Positions 1 to 12,480 of a DNA stretch of 64,000 bases are shown here, in pieces. Where the stretch lies: NCBI GenBank assembly GCA_964016885.1, contig OZ024752.1:6200001-6264000 (forward strand), in the 5' to 3' direction. The notes below the pieces were generated by a model. It saw only the letters and a program-made list of their open reading frames with translations, did no database searches and was not told the origin of the DNA. Each line of letters begins with the position of its first letter. Positions within the stretch are counted from its first letter, which is position 1. A program made the position numbers and the translations under genes. This DNA comes from Eledone cirrhosa. Taxonomy: Eukaryota.

Positions 1-219
1 TGGGGATGATGATTTCGATGGCGGTGATTATGATGATGATTCCTACATTGGCACCGTGCCACATATATTTGTAGGGGAGGGGTATAATTGTTTTAGTACC
101 TGTCTAGTATTTATTTAATCGAATGTAAAGGGACGAAAGGTGAACTTGATCCCAGCCAGATTCGAACCCAGATCCTATCGGGTCGTAACTAAATCCTAAA
201 ACAACTCTAAAATCTGTCT

Positions 220-495
220 CGAGCCCCGGATGCTCATCAGATCGGTGTTTATCCTGGTTTCTGTGGCATGAAATGACTGAGAGTACAAGACTTCCCCCTG
301 GACAGGACGCCAGTCCATCACAGGGTTAAACTCCCAGCTATTGCTAGTACCTATTTCCTTTTCAGCTGAGTATACTGGAGCAATGTCAAATGAAATGTCT
401 TTCTCAAGAACACAACATATGACTCAGTCCAGGAATCGAACCCACGACATTATGATCGTAAGTGCAACATCCTTACCACTAAATCCCCAAAGCCA
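220..495 (-). mobile_element. tRNA-derived SINE remnant (second SINE family)
   Basis: Reverse B-box 'ggaatcgaaccc' near 431-443. The 'aatgtctttctcaagaacacaac' segment recurs as 'aagtgtcttgctcaaggacacaac' at 11370 and 37245. Confidence 0.6.
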
Positions 496-817
496 TATAT
501 TCCGACTCAAGGACAGTTTCCTATGCTTGGAAAGGTCCTTTCAAACAGATGGTACTTCGGTTATACCATGAATTGGGTGTAAGATAACTTTACCCCTGGA
601 GAGATTGCTAGTCTACTACAGGTTACTTGTGTGTGTGTGTGTGACAGCTCACACCTATGCAGGTTTAGCTGGCCTCCTCCAAGGTATATCTCGTTGGAGA
701 TATACAAGTTACTTACCAAAGAATAAATAAATAAAATGAAACGCTATCAACGGATTGGATTGGTCATGCGTTTCCTTTTTATTTATTTATTTTTTTAAAG
801 TCCTTATGAATTCATAC

Positions 818-1069
818 ATGTCTGTCAAATGACTTGATCTAAGACTGTGTTGAAGCTGAAGTAATTACATCGTAGAAGAGTCATTTAAGTCACAGTTGAA
901 CATGTCTGGTGACTTGATCTAAGACTGTGTTGAAGCTGAAGTAATTACATCGTAGAAGAGTCATTTAAGTCACAGTTGTACATGTCTGGTGACTTGATCT
1001 AAGACTGTGTTGAAGCTGAAGTAATTACATCGTAGAAGAGTCATTTAAGTCACAGTTGAACATGTCTGG
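818..1069. repeat. 80-bp tandem repeat, ~3 copies
   Basis: 'tgacttgatctaagactgtgttgaagctgaag...' starts at 830, 910 and 990. Confidence 0.95.
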
Positions 1070-1609
1070 CAGATGATTTGAACTATAGTAATTACAACAT
1101 GGTTGAGTCAGTTTAGCTTTTCAAAAACACAAAAACTGTTAACTTTATATTTATATATCATTTATTTCTTGACGTCAAATCTTTCGTCGCACTCTTTGCT
1201 ACCTGGTTCTTGACATACTTGTACTGTAACAATGGAAAGGTGTCACACGGTCCAGGCGTCGTATCCAATGCAGAGGCGACAATGTATTACAGACATTGTA
1301 CCAAAAAGGTACGAAGATTACAGACATTCCGACAGCGAACGATTGGAGCCAATGTCATCGGAAACTTGCACATAGCAAGGACACGACAGCTTTTTTATTT
1401 CAAACAAACCTGATAACGCTGTGGTAAGTTGACAAAATAAGGCGGCGAATTGGCAGAGGTGTTGAATGCTTTGCAGTATTTGTTCTGGCTCTCTACTCTC
1501 TCAGTTCAAATTCCGCCGAGGTCAGCTTTTTTTATCGACCTTAAATGGTCGATAAAAAAGTACCAGTCTAGTACAGGAGTCGGTTCTTCCTCTCTCTCTA
1601 TCTATCTAC

Positions 1610-1663
<54 letters not shown>

Positions 1664-1681
1664 CTCCGGCCAACAACTGAT

Positions 1682-2065
1682 TCTTTTTTTCAAATACCAC
1701 TTTGGAAGAAGAATCGGGATGGAGAGAGAGGTGCTGTACCCCAGCAAGTTTTATGAAAGGTGGGTGAAAGTGGTGAGAATGGCCCGAGTGAATGGGCCTT
1801 CTCTCTATATCAGCCTGTAGGTTGAGGAAAAAGAGGACGAGAGGAGAGGGGTACTCACTCTTCGTACTCCTGGAGATGAGGGTTGCACATTTTTTCGGGG
1901 GTATTTGTTACCCATATGTAATGTCTCCCCATATTGGGGAAAATCGATTAATTTTAAAATTGCATTTGTGATAGTATTTTACACGTTTTTATTGTATGTA
2001 AACTTCCCCCTTTGTATTTGTCCCCTTCTTTTGTGCCCCTGTGGCTAATAAAGAAACATATCTAT
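1682..2065 (+). mobile_element. 3' end fragment of an L1/Tx1-like LINE (same family as 48285-49290)
   Basis: Encodes FFKYHFGRRIGMEREVLYPSKFYERWV...ARVNGPSLYISL*, matching the C-terminus of ORF 48528-49055. It is followed by a 3' UTR ending aataaagaaacatatctatc. Confidence 0.8.
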
Positions 2066-2219
2066 CTATCTATCTCTCTAGCTATCTATCTTTGAGTTCA
2101 AATTCTACAGAGATTAACTTTACCTTTCATCCATTTAAGGTCGATAAAAAATGTACCAGTCAAGTACTGGGGTCGGTTCTTCCTCTATATGTCTGTCTAC
2201 CCCCCCCCCCCCCCATATC

Positions 2220-2590
2220 TCTCTCTCTGGAAGAAATCTGCTGTATTCAGGCCTGGAGAGGAGATGGGCTCCTCCAGGTTGTTTCTGTGTTGGGCCATCG
2301 TTGATTCCGATGACGAGTGTTTCCCTTGTTCGTAATTCTCAGGGAGATTCAGTGTCACGCACTGTGATAAACCTGACCGATTGAATCACAAGTACAATCC
2401 ATCCCATATTATATCATAAGTGGCTGAGTATTCCTCAGACCTGTATATCCTTAACGTAGTTATCAGGGAGATTCAGCGTGACACAGTGACAAGGTTGGTC
2501 GCTTTGAACAACATGTACAACGCATTTTTTCCTCAGCTGAGTGAACTGGAGCAAAGTGAAATAAAGTGTCTTGCTTAAGAGTACAACGCA
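2220..2590 (-). mobile_element. SINE-like repeat remnant
   Basis: 'agggagattcag...gtgacacagtgacaagg...ctggagcaaagtgaaataaagtgtcttgcttaag' recurs at ~23350-23455 and inverted at ~54090-54300. Confidence 0.55.
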
Positions 2591-2600
2591 CTCATATATA

Positions 2601-3873
2601 CGACGGGGTTTCAAAACGTTTGTGGAAAAAGTACACAGCTAAAAATCATATGCAGGGATTTTGATCTCAATGCACCTGTACGTTCTCGTACTCACGTGTC
2701 ATAACATGTTCTAACATGAACCCTTAAATGCATGTTGTAACACGGTGCTGCCAGTCGGGAGTCAGCACCCACTCGAGCAACATGGCTTCCATCAAAACAT
2801 CAAATTCATGGTGAAGCTAGGGTGGAGGAACAGTCAAATCATTGACACTCTGGAGAAAATTTATGGGGACAATGCCCCAAAGAAATCAACGACCTACAAA
2901 TGGATAAGTCGTTTTAGAAGTGGAAGAGATGAGGTTGAAGATGACCCCCGCATTGGCAGGCCATCCACGCCAGTCTGGGTGGAAAACACGACGCTGTTCA
3001 TGACCTAATTGAAAAGAATAGGCGAATAACTACTGAATCAGTAGCAGACACACTCAACATCTCCGTGGGTTTTGCACACGTAATTCTGGTGGGTAGTTCG
3101 GGGCTGAGCAAGCTTTCCGCTCAATGGGTCCCAAAGCTGTTGCGCCCAGATCAGCAGCAAACAAGGGCAAATCTTTCGATGGAAATTTTGAACAATTGGG
3201 ATTAAAACCCTGAAGCTTTTCTGCAGAGAATTGTTACCGGGGATAAAACGTGGCTCTACCGAGGACAAAACTCAATCGAAGCAATGGTTGCCCAGGGGTG
3301 GAAGTGGACTCGTCAAGGAAAATCGGAGCGGTCAAGAGGGAAGGCCTTGGCCACTGTCTTCTGGGATACAGAGGGTATTTTGCTGGTTGACTTCCTCGAG
3401 AACAAGAGAACAATTACAGCTGCATATTATGAAGGCATTTTGAGAAATCTGGCCAAGAAAATTGTGGAAAAACGCCCGAGGAAACTGCATCGGCGCGTCC
3501 TCTTCCACCACGACAATGTACCCGTACACGGCGCTCGGCTGACACGAGCTGTGTTACGGAACTTTCGGTGGGAAATCATCTGACATCCACCTTACAGTCC
3601 CTATTTAGACCCATCCGACTTCTTTTTGTGTCCAAACCTGAAAAAAAATCATTGAAAAGTACCCATTTTCCATCAGTTGAAGATGCAAAAAAAAGCTGCT
3701 TTGACAGTTTAAATCACATGGATCCCAATTTTACACAGACGGACTTAAATGTTGGTATCAATGTTTACAGAAGTGTATTGACCTAGATGTGGCATATGTT
3801 GAAAAATAAACATCTTAACTTAAACCGTTTTTTCCAACTGTCCTTTTCCCACGAACCTTTTGAAGCCCCCTCG
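2601..3873 (+). mobile_element. Full-length degenerate mariner DNA transposon (Hsmar2/irritans-like DD34D transposase pseudogene)
   Basis: Imperfect TIRs cgacggggtttcaaaacgtttgtggaaaa (2601) and ttttcccacgaaccttttgaagccccctcg (3873), flanked by TA. Frameshifted ORF pieces contain NIKFMVKLGW, WVPKLL, TGDKTW, VFWD, HHDN and HPPYSPYLDPSDF. Confidence 0.95.
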
Positions 3874-4807
3874 TATATATATAAATATACAAGAGGCAGA
3901 GATTTGGTAAAGTCGTTAGAATGTCGGATAGAATGTTTTGTGGTATTCGTTCCAACTCTGGACGTTCTGAGTTCAAATCTCGCTGAGGTCTGCCTTTCAT
4001 CCTTTAACGGTTGATAGACAAACAGTACCAGTCTAATACTTGGGTCGATTGTTTTCTCTATATATCTTTCTTATTTACTCTCTCCCTCGTTATTTCTCTT
4101 TCTCTCCTCTCTCTCTTTCTTTCTTATTTACTCTCTCTCTCTCTCTCTTTTTTTATCTTTCTTATTTACTCTCTCTCTTTCTTTCTCTCCCTCTTTCTCT
4201 CTCCCTCTCTCTCTATCTTTGGAATATATATATATGTATATATCTGTCTGTCTCTCTATAAACACACACACACACACACACCTCTTTCTCTATCTCTCTC
4301 TCTCTGGAATGTATGTCTATATATATGTATGTGTGTTAATATATATATAGATATATAAACACATACATATATACATGCATATATACATCTTTCTCTCACA
4401 CACACACACATACACTCACGTGCTTCTAGACACTCTTCAGCCTCTAAATTGCAGGTAAAACAGGTGAGGTGGAGTAATATTGTCTTCTTGTTCGAGTGTT
4501 TATATTCTGGTGGTGTTGCTGCTGGTAGCGACATGTGTATTTGATCGATTCACCTAACATTGTTTCCCCCTCCCCAGTATATATAGCTGCTAATACCATG
4601 AGAGGGGATCCCTGGATGTAATAAAATGTCGCCTCTCCCAACATTGTCGGCCTTGTGCCTAAATCTGAAACCAATATGAGAAGCTGCCATTAGAGAACGG
4701 TGGGTTAGCAGTAGAATCGGTAAGATCCTTGGTGGGATCTTACCTGGAACTAACAATATTGCTGCTACTTCAGGTGAGCCGCCTGTGTAGTTTGACCATG
4801 GCTACAA

Positions 4808-6792
4808 TGTGTGGTATAGTATGTGGTATAGTATGTGCTATAGTATGTGGTATAGTATGTGCCTATAGTATGTGCTATAGCATGTGGTATAGTATGTGGT
4901 ATAGTATGTGCCTATAGTATGTGCTATAGTATGTGCTATAGTATGTGGTATAGTATGTGCTATAGTATGTGCTATAGTATGTGCTATAGCATGTGCTATA
5001 GCATGTGCTATAGCATGTGGTATAGCATGTGGTATAGCATGTGGTATAGTATGTGCTATAGTATGTGGTATAGCATGTGGTATAGCATGTGGTATAGTAT
5101 GTGCTATAGTATGTGCTATAGTATGTGCTATAGCATGTGCTATAGCATGTGCTATAGTATGTGGTATAGTATGTGGTATAGTATGTGCTATAGTATGTGG
5201 TATAGTATGTGGTATAGTATGTGCTATAGTATGTGGTATAGTATGTGCTATAGTATGTGGTATAGTATGTGGTATAGTATGTGGTATAGTATGTGGTATA
5301 GTATGTGCTATAGTATGTGGTATAGTATGTGGTATAGTATGTGCTATAGCATGTGGTATAGCATGTGGTATAGTATGTGCTATAGTATGTGCTATAGTAT
5401 GTGCTATAGTATGTGGTATAGTATGTGGTATAGCATGTGCTATAGTATGTGGTATAGCATGTGGTATAGTATGTGGTATAGTATGTGCTATAGCATGTGG
5501 TATAGTATGTGGTATAGTATGTGCCTATAGTATGTGGTATAGTATGTGGTATAGTATGTGCTATAGTATGTGGTATAGTATGTGCTATAGTATGTGGTAT
5601 AGTATGTGCTATAGTATGTGGTATAGTATGTGGTATAGTATGTGCTATAGCATGTGGTATAGTATGTGGTATAGTATGTGGTATAGTATGTGATATAGCA
5701 TGTGGTATAGTATGTGCTATAGTACGTGGTATAGTATGTGCTATAGTATGTGGTATAGTATGTGGTATAGTATGTGCTATAGCATGTGCTATAGCATGTG
5801 GTATAGCATGTGGTATAGCATGTGGTATAGCATGTGGTATAGTATGTGCTATAGTATGTGCTATAGTATGTGGTATAGTATGTGGTATAGTATGTGCTAT
5901 AGTATGTGGTATAGTATGTGCTATAGTATGTGGTATAGCATGTGGTATAGTATGTGGTATAGCATGTGCTATAGCATGTGGTATAGTATGTGGTATAGTA
6001 TGTGGTATAGTATGTGCCTATAGTATGTGGTATAGTATGTGGTATAGTATGTGCTATAGTATGTGGTATAGTATGTGCTATAGTATGTGGTATAGTATGT
6101 GGTATAGTATGTGGTATAGTATGTGCTATAGCATGTGGTATAGTATGTGGTATAGTATGTGGTATAGTATGTGGTATAGCATGTGGTATAGTATGTGCTA
6201 TAGCATGTGGTATAGTATGTGGTATAGTATGTGGTATAGCATGTGGTATAGTATGTGCCTATAGTATGTGGTATAGTATGTGGTATAGCATGTGGTATAG
6301 CATGTGGTATAGCATGTGGTATAGCATGTGGTATAGTATGTGCTATAGTATGTGGTATAGCATGTGGTATAGTATGTGGTATAGCATGTGCCTATAGTAT
6401 GTGGTATAGTATGTGCCTATAGCATGTGGTATAGTATGTGCCTATAGCATGTGGTATAGTACGTGGTATAGTATGTGGTATAGTATGTGGTATAGTATGT
6501 GCGTATAGTATGTGGTATAGTATGTGCCTATAGTATGTGGTATAGTATGTGCCTATAGTATGTGCCTATAGTATGTGCCTATAGTATGTGGTATAGTATG
6601 TGGTATAGTATGTGGTATAGTATGTGCTATAGTATGCGGTATAGTATGTGCTATAGTATGCGGTATAGTATGTGCTATAGTATGCGCTATAGTATGTGCT
6701 ATAGTATGTGCTATAGTATGTGCTATAGTATGTGCTATAGTATGTGCTATAGTATGTGCTATAGTATGTGCTATAGTATGTGGTATAGTATG
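4808..6792. repeat. 12-bp minisatellite (gtggtatagtat / gtgctatagcat variants), ~165 copies
   Basis: Directly visible periodicity with occasional 13-bp variants (gtgcctatag). Confidence 0.97.
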
Positions 6793-6961
6793 GTTCTGTC
6801 ACTCTTGTTGGAGTCGTAGTGGCGCCGGAGTGATATACGGCGTTTCTTGGGCTTTTTAAACATGGCGGATCTGAATACAGCAGATTTCTTCCAGAGAAGA
6901 ATAGAGAGTGAGAGAATGGAAGTAAGGAAGAGATATAGAGGAAGAATAATCGACCCCAGTT

Positions 6962-7030
6962 TATATGTAGCAGCAGTACCATCTCAGATGTGGGAGCAGT
7001 ATTCCACCGTAAGCATTAACAAAGCCAGCA
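6962..7030 (-). mobile_element. Short degenerate LINE reverse-transcriptase C-terminal fragment
   Basis: Minus strand translates to LTVEYCSHI*DGTAAT, resembling the LINE motif RPxxEYCSxxW. Confidence 0.4.
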
Positions 7031-7491
7031 CATGAGTATTTATTCTACCATGTGCACCTCGTTCTACAAAGTAAAATAATTCCAACTTAGTTTGGTAAAC
7101 TAATGAACTTAGCTTTTGACACTCCATGTTCTGACTACACTAAGAAAATTTCGAAGCCCGCATTTTCCACAACACAATCACTCATGCCAAATCATGTGAC
7201 AGGTTCTAACACCATACGACCCTCTCCACCGTGTCAATAATCTTCACAAGGCAGCTACGCGACAAAGACATTTAGCGATTTATATTATTATATGTTTTAT
7301 TTAATTATACAACCCATCTATATAATACTAAAAGTCTGTGATTGCTTGCTTGTCTGTAATGTAATACACCCAAAAGGGCGCATAATGAGAAAATACTTTG
7401 AAAGGAAGTTGACCCTGAAATGGGAATACAAATTGAATAAAACAAGTTTCGCGTAAATCGGAGCACGGGTTCCGAGATACGGGGTTTTCAT

Positions 7492-7529
<38 letters not shown>

Positions 7530-8963
7530 CTGGTGGTGGTGTTGTGTGTGTATATATGAGTGTGTGCATATTTATATATATGTGTATATGTGTGTGTGTC
7601 TATGACCAGTGTATATAGATTATAGACCCCCCCCCACACACACACATATATATATATATATATACACATTTGTATATATATATGGGCCTTCCGGTTTCAT
7701 TTCACATTATATACATGTCTGTGTATATTTTAATTATTTAAAAATTATTTTGAAGTGAACGGGTGGTGTATAAAACTGTGCTTCTTTAATATTCAGTAAT
7801 TTACCTCTCTGGGGCCTGTACCCTATGGGGCTGCCTAGTTGATCTTAATAGTAACGTCGGTCCTGATTTGCTCTAAACTGTCTCATGTTTACACTTAGAC
7901 TTCATCAATTTTTTATACGGTAAAATATATTTAGACAGAAAATATTTAATACCTTTGCTGTGGGAACCGTAAAATTTCAATAACAATTATTTGGTAATGT
8001 TCCGCTCTGAGATATGTGCCCTAGGTAGCTGCCTAGTTAACTTTAATAGTAGCACCAGGTACGTTCGTCTGTTAGTGGTATGTGTATATGGTATGTAGAA
8101 CACTCTTCTGATAGTAATGTGACTCTCTGAGATGTGCGCCCTAGGTAGTTGCCTAATTAGCCTTAATGGTAGCACCAGACCTGAGTCTTACCTGAACTTT
8201 GGGGTAAATAAGACGTTTGAAAGAGATGAAATACTAAAACAATGTTGGATGATGCTGGTTGTAAAACATGCAAGATAATAGCTTTGAAAGAGATAAAAGT
8301 TTGAAGGTGTTAACGTGTTTATTTGCAGATGTGGAGAAGAATTGTGTGAATACGAAGCTTTTGACCAAAGAGATTCTAGAAAAAATGTATTAGATCAAAG
8401 AAAACAGAAGTCAGATAATAAATACTTAAGATATATTTTTTTCTCTCAGCGTTTCCATCTTAATTATTTTTTTCCCTTGACACTAAATTAGGAAATAATT
8501 TTGTTGTTATTTTTTTTTTTTTTTTTTTTTGTTCAATATATTTCTGTCGCCAGAGCTGGTGTGGCTAAAGAGTTGTGGATTGATTGCAATGCCTTGTGCT
8601 TTCTCAGTTGTAGGATGTTGGCAATGTGGAACCGGTTATATTACTGTACCCTGTTGTCAAACAAATGTTTGCTGTCCAACCATCTTCATTGCCTTCAACT
8701 TTTTTCTCCCTTTTTTTGTGAGGGTTGTTATTGCTGTTGTTGTTGTTGTTCTTTTTTGAAACCTCTGAAACACACTCCTGGCCGTGAGCGGGAGTACTGC
8801 ATAATATCCGGGAAAATAAACCTTGGTGAAATTAAGGATAGGGGGAGAAGCAGTGTGTGTGTGTAAAAAAAATAACATTTTAAAAATTATTTTTTATTTT
8901 ATATTTTGTTTTAAATGTCAGCTAGCAAAATTGGCAAGTAGAAAGTACAGGAAGAAAATTGTA

Positions 8964-9007
<44 letters not shown>

Positions 9008-9607
9008 ATATGTCGAGATATATATAGATAAGGAGGTAGGGCTAGCGATAGATAAAGAGATAGAGAAGAGGTAGCGGTTCGGACGAGTAATTTCGAAACT
9101 GGATGAGTCCAATGGTCCGAAAATCTTCACTTCCTGTTACAGATAGAGATGATTGTCTGATGACTGCAGATGTCGTAACTCAGCTGAATTCACAAGAATT
9201 GCCACCGAATCTACAATAAATGAATAAATTTAGAATATTAAATCGCATTGTTAACGGAAAATATACAACATTTATTTCACTCCTAACATCCGGTAGTTAT
9301 GATATAGCAGAAAATATCTAAAAACAAGTTTATTACCGTATTTGGTGGCATACAAGACCCTTCTTCGCCCCTTCCATTCCCCTCACTTCTAAAAGAACAC
9401 CATCCAGGTTTTATAAATGAAGTTGAGATATCTGGTAAGTGTGTTTCTTAATAAATATTCACTGGTGAAATATCGTGAGAGGTTTCTTATATGTCAGAGT
9501 GTCCTGTATCTTATCAAATACTGTAATTCAAATGTTTATATTATCATTTCTAGCGATAGTATTATATCCTTGTATAAATTACAGTATGAGAATCATTATT
9601 TGATATA

Positions 9608-9796
9608 ATTGTTTCTACTTTAGGCACAAGGCCAGCAATTACTCAGTGCATTACTGGTACTTTATTTTATCGACCCCGTAAGGATGAAAGGCAAAGTCAA
9701 CCTCGGCGGGATTTGAACTCAGATCGTAAAGAGTCGTAATTAAGCTGGAAAGCATGGCGTCCGACCCTCTACTGATACTGCCAATACACCGTCCCT
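9608..9796 (-). mobile_element. tRNA-derived SINE, major family
   Basis: The minus strand has A-box-like tggcagtatcagtagag, B-box gagttcaaatcc and body gcctttcatccttacggggtcgataaaataaagtaccag. More than 12 copies occur in the window. Confidence 0.9.
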
Positions 9797-9924
9797 ATTT
9801 GATATAATGTGATGCAGCGGTAGTGCTGCTTGACACTTTTACAAGAATGTCTTACTAATATGGTGTCATATGGTTTGTTAAACGTTTATAGTGGAGAAAC
9901 TGTGATAAATTGCAACACATGGAT

Positions 9925-11102
9925 ATTATCGTTGACACACTAAAGTGTTGTGACACACCCAGGTATTGGTGACACACTAAAGTGTTGTGACACACCCAGG
10001 TATCGTTGACACACTAAAGTGTTGTGACACACCCAGGTATTGGTGACACACTAAAGTGTTGTAACACACCCAGGTATCATTGACACACTAAAGTGTTGTG
10101 ACACACCCAGGTATTGGTGACACACTAAAGTGTTGTAACACACCCAGGTATCGTTGACACACTAAAGTGTTGTGACACACCCAGGTATTGGTGACACACT
10201 AAAGTGTTGTGACACACCCAGGTATTGGTGACACACTAAAGTGTTGTGACACACCCAGGTATTGGTGACACACTAAATTGTTGTAACACACCCAGGTATT
10301 GGTGACACACTAAATTGTTGTGACACACCCAGGTATTGGTGACACACTAAAGTGTTGTGACACACCCAGGTATTGGTGACACACTAAAGTGTTGTGACAC
10401 ACCCAGGTATTGGTGACACACTAAAGTGTTGTGACACACCCAGGTATTGGTGACACACTAAAGTGTTGTGACACACCCAGGTATTGGTGACACACTAAAG
10501 TGGTGTGACACACCCAGGTATTGGTGACACACTAAAGTGGTGTGACACACCCAGGTATTGGTGACACACTAAAGTGGTGTGACACACCCAGGTATTGGTG
10601 ACACACTAAAGTGGTGTGACACACCCAGGTATTGGTGACACACTAAAGTGCTGTGACACACCCAGGTATTGGTGACACACTAAAGTGTTGTGACACACCC
10701 AGGTATTGGTGACACACTAAAGTGTTGTGACACACCCAGGTATTGGTGACACACTAAAGTGTTGTGACACGCCCAGGTATTGGTGACACACTAAAGTGTT
10801 GTGACACGCCCAGGTATTGGTGACACACTAAAGTGTTGTGACACGCCCAGGTATTGGTGACACACTAAAGTGTTGTGACACGCCCAGGTATTGGTGACAC
10901 ACTAAAGTGTTGTGACACACCCAGGTATTGGTGACACACTAAAGTGTTGTGACACACCCAGGTATTGGTGACACACTAAAGTGTTGTGACACACCCAGGT
11001 ATTGGTGACACACTAAAGTGTTGTGACACACCCAGGTATTGGTGACACACTAAAGTGCTGTGACACACCCAGGTATTGGTGACACACTAAAGTGTTGTGA
11101 CA
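9925..11102. repeat. 37-bp minisatellite, ~31 copies
   Basis: Unit ggtattggtgacacactaaagtgttgtgacacaccca. It ends next to a hAT-type terminus ttggaaaccactg (11109-11121). Confidence 0.97.
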
Positions 11103-11199
11103 TAGACATTGGAAACCACTGATTTAAGGAATATCACTGGTGCAAACCAATGTCTTGATGGTGGAATTTTGTAGATAGAATCTTTATGGTACCACATCG

Positions 11200-11236
<37 letters not shown>

Positions 11237-11264
11237 TTATATATATATATATAGGAACGATCGA

Positions 11265-11470
11265 CTTTCGTCAAATCGGACCGAGGGAACAATGTTTCCG
11301 TTGGTCTTTCCAATTGCTAATACTATCTATCGGTCGCAACTCCAGGTAGAAGGAGCAACGTGAAATAAAGTGTCTTGCTCAAGGACATAACGCATCGCCT
11401 GGTCCAGGAATCGAACTCACAACCTTACGATTGCGAATCCAATTCTATAACCACTCAGCCACACGCCTTC
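11265..11470 (-). mobile_element. SINE remnant (second family)
   Basis: Contains aagtgtcttgctcaaggaca and reverse B-box ggaatcgaactc. Segment 11268-11375 recurs inverted at 53345-53467. Confidence 0.7.
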
Positions 11471-11530
11471 ACTCGTATATATATATATATGTATATGTAT
11501 ATATATATGTATATATGTATATGTATATAT

Positions 11531-11778
11531 ATAATACGAAGACAATTTGTTAAGCCTTCATTACGGTTATTGATTGGTGACGCGTGTTTCGCTATTGATC
11601 AGCTCAAGGTTCGATATGGCCCGACTCTGGAATCAAAAGCTCGTTGGACCTCTGACCAGCTTTTGATTCCAGAGTCGGGCCAGATCGATACAGATCGAAC
11701 CTTGAGCTGGTCAATAGCGAAACGCGCGTCACCAATCAATAACCGTAATGAAGGCTTCACCAATCGTCCTTGTATTAT
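11531..11778. repeat. Long fold-back palindrome, Penelope-terminus-like
   Basis: Arms are reverse-complementary around a ~16-nt loop and carry gcgaaacgcgcgtc. Same family as 35294-35539. Confidence 0.9.
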
Positions 11779-11963
11779 TATAGTACCCTCTGTCTAGCTC
11801 TACACCTCGCCACTGACGTGAACCTAAACATCGAGTGCTCACCTGGGTGAACCTACAGTAACTTCAAGTTACACTCCCTGGATATATATATATATATTCC
11901 AACCAGAATGGTTGCATTTTTTAAGGGTATGTCAATATTTATTTATAAAACTAACCTATATTA

Positions 11964-12029
11964 TATTTTATCTGATGAAAGAGCACCATAGTTTACCTTG
12001 GTGGCCCTTGAAATATGTATAATAAAATA
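11964..12029 (+). ncRNA. Minimal type-I hammerhead ribozyme motif
   Basis: tattttat-CTGATGA-aagagcacca/tggtggccctt (stem II)-GAAA-tatgta-TA-ataaaata, with stem I tattttat/ataaaata. Confidence 0.75.
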
Positions 12030-12162
12030 AATATGGTTTTATAAATATAGTTTCCATTTGTTAATATATTGTATATTTACTCCAATAATTTGTTGAGTGC
12101 TTTATATCAGTTATAAAAATATTTTGCTTGTTGTATCCCAACAAATTAAATATAACCTCTAC

Positions 12163-12206
<44 letters not shown>

Positions 12207-12304
12207 ATATATATATATTTAAACAATTTGTTGACTTAAAAAACATTCTGGAAATATGAAATCTACTCATCCCAATGACAATAATAATAATAATAATAAT
12301 AATA

Positions 12305-12480
12305 ATTGTTTCTACTTTTGGCACAAGGCCAGCAATTAAACAGTACATTACTGGTACTTTATTTTATCGACCCCGTAAGGATGAAAGGTAAAGTTAACCT
12401 CGGCGGGATTTGAACTCAGAATGGAAGGGGCCATAACTATTTGCGTCAAAGCATGGCGTCCGACCCTCTACCGATACTGT
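12305..12480 (-). mobile_element. tRNA-derived SINE, major family
   Basis: Near-identical to 9608-9796. Confidence 0.9.

Noticed and set aside
1170-1430. Possible exon ending at donor gtaagt (~1425)
   Set aside because: No recognisable protein and no partner exon could be supported.
8320-8780. Candidate exons (acceptor ttatttgcag at ~8328; minus-strand frame near 8770)
   Set aside because: The frames are short and unrecognisable and cannot be linked into a gene model from sequence alone.
9095-9126. ctggatgagtccaatggtccgaaa hammerhead-like string
   Set aside because: The core has an extra G, stem II does not pair and there is no NUH or stem I.
9925-11102. Regular 37-bp repeats resembling a CRISPR array (also the 52- and 60-bp arrays)
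   Set aside because: Units are head-to-tail with no unique spacers, there are no cas genes, and the context is eukaryotic.
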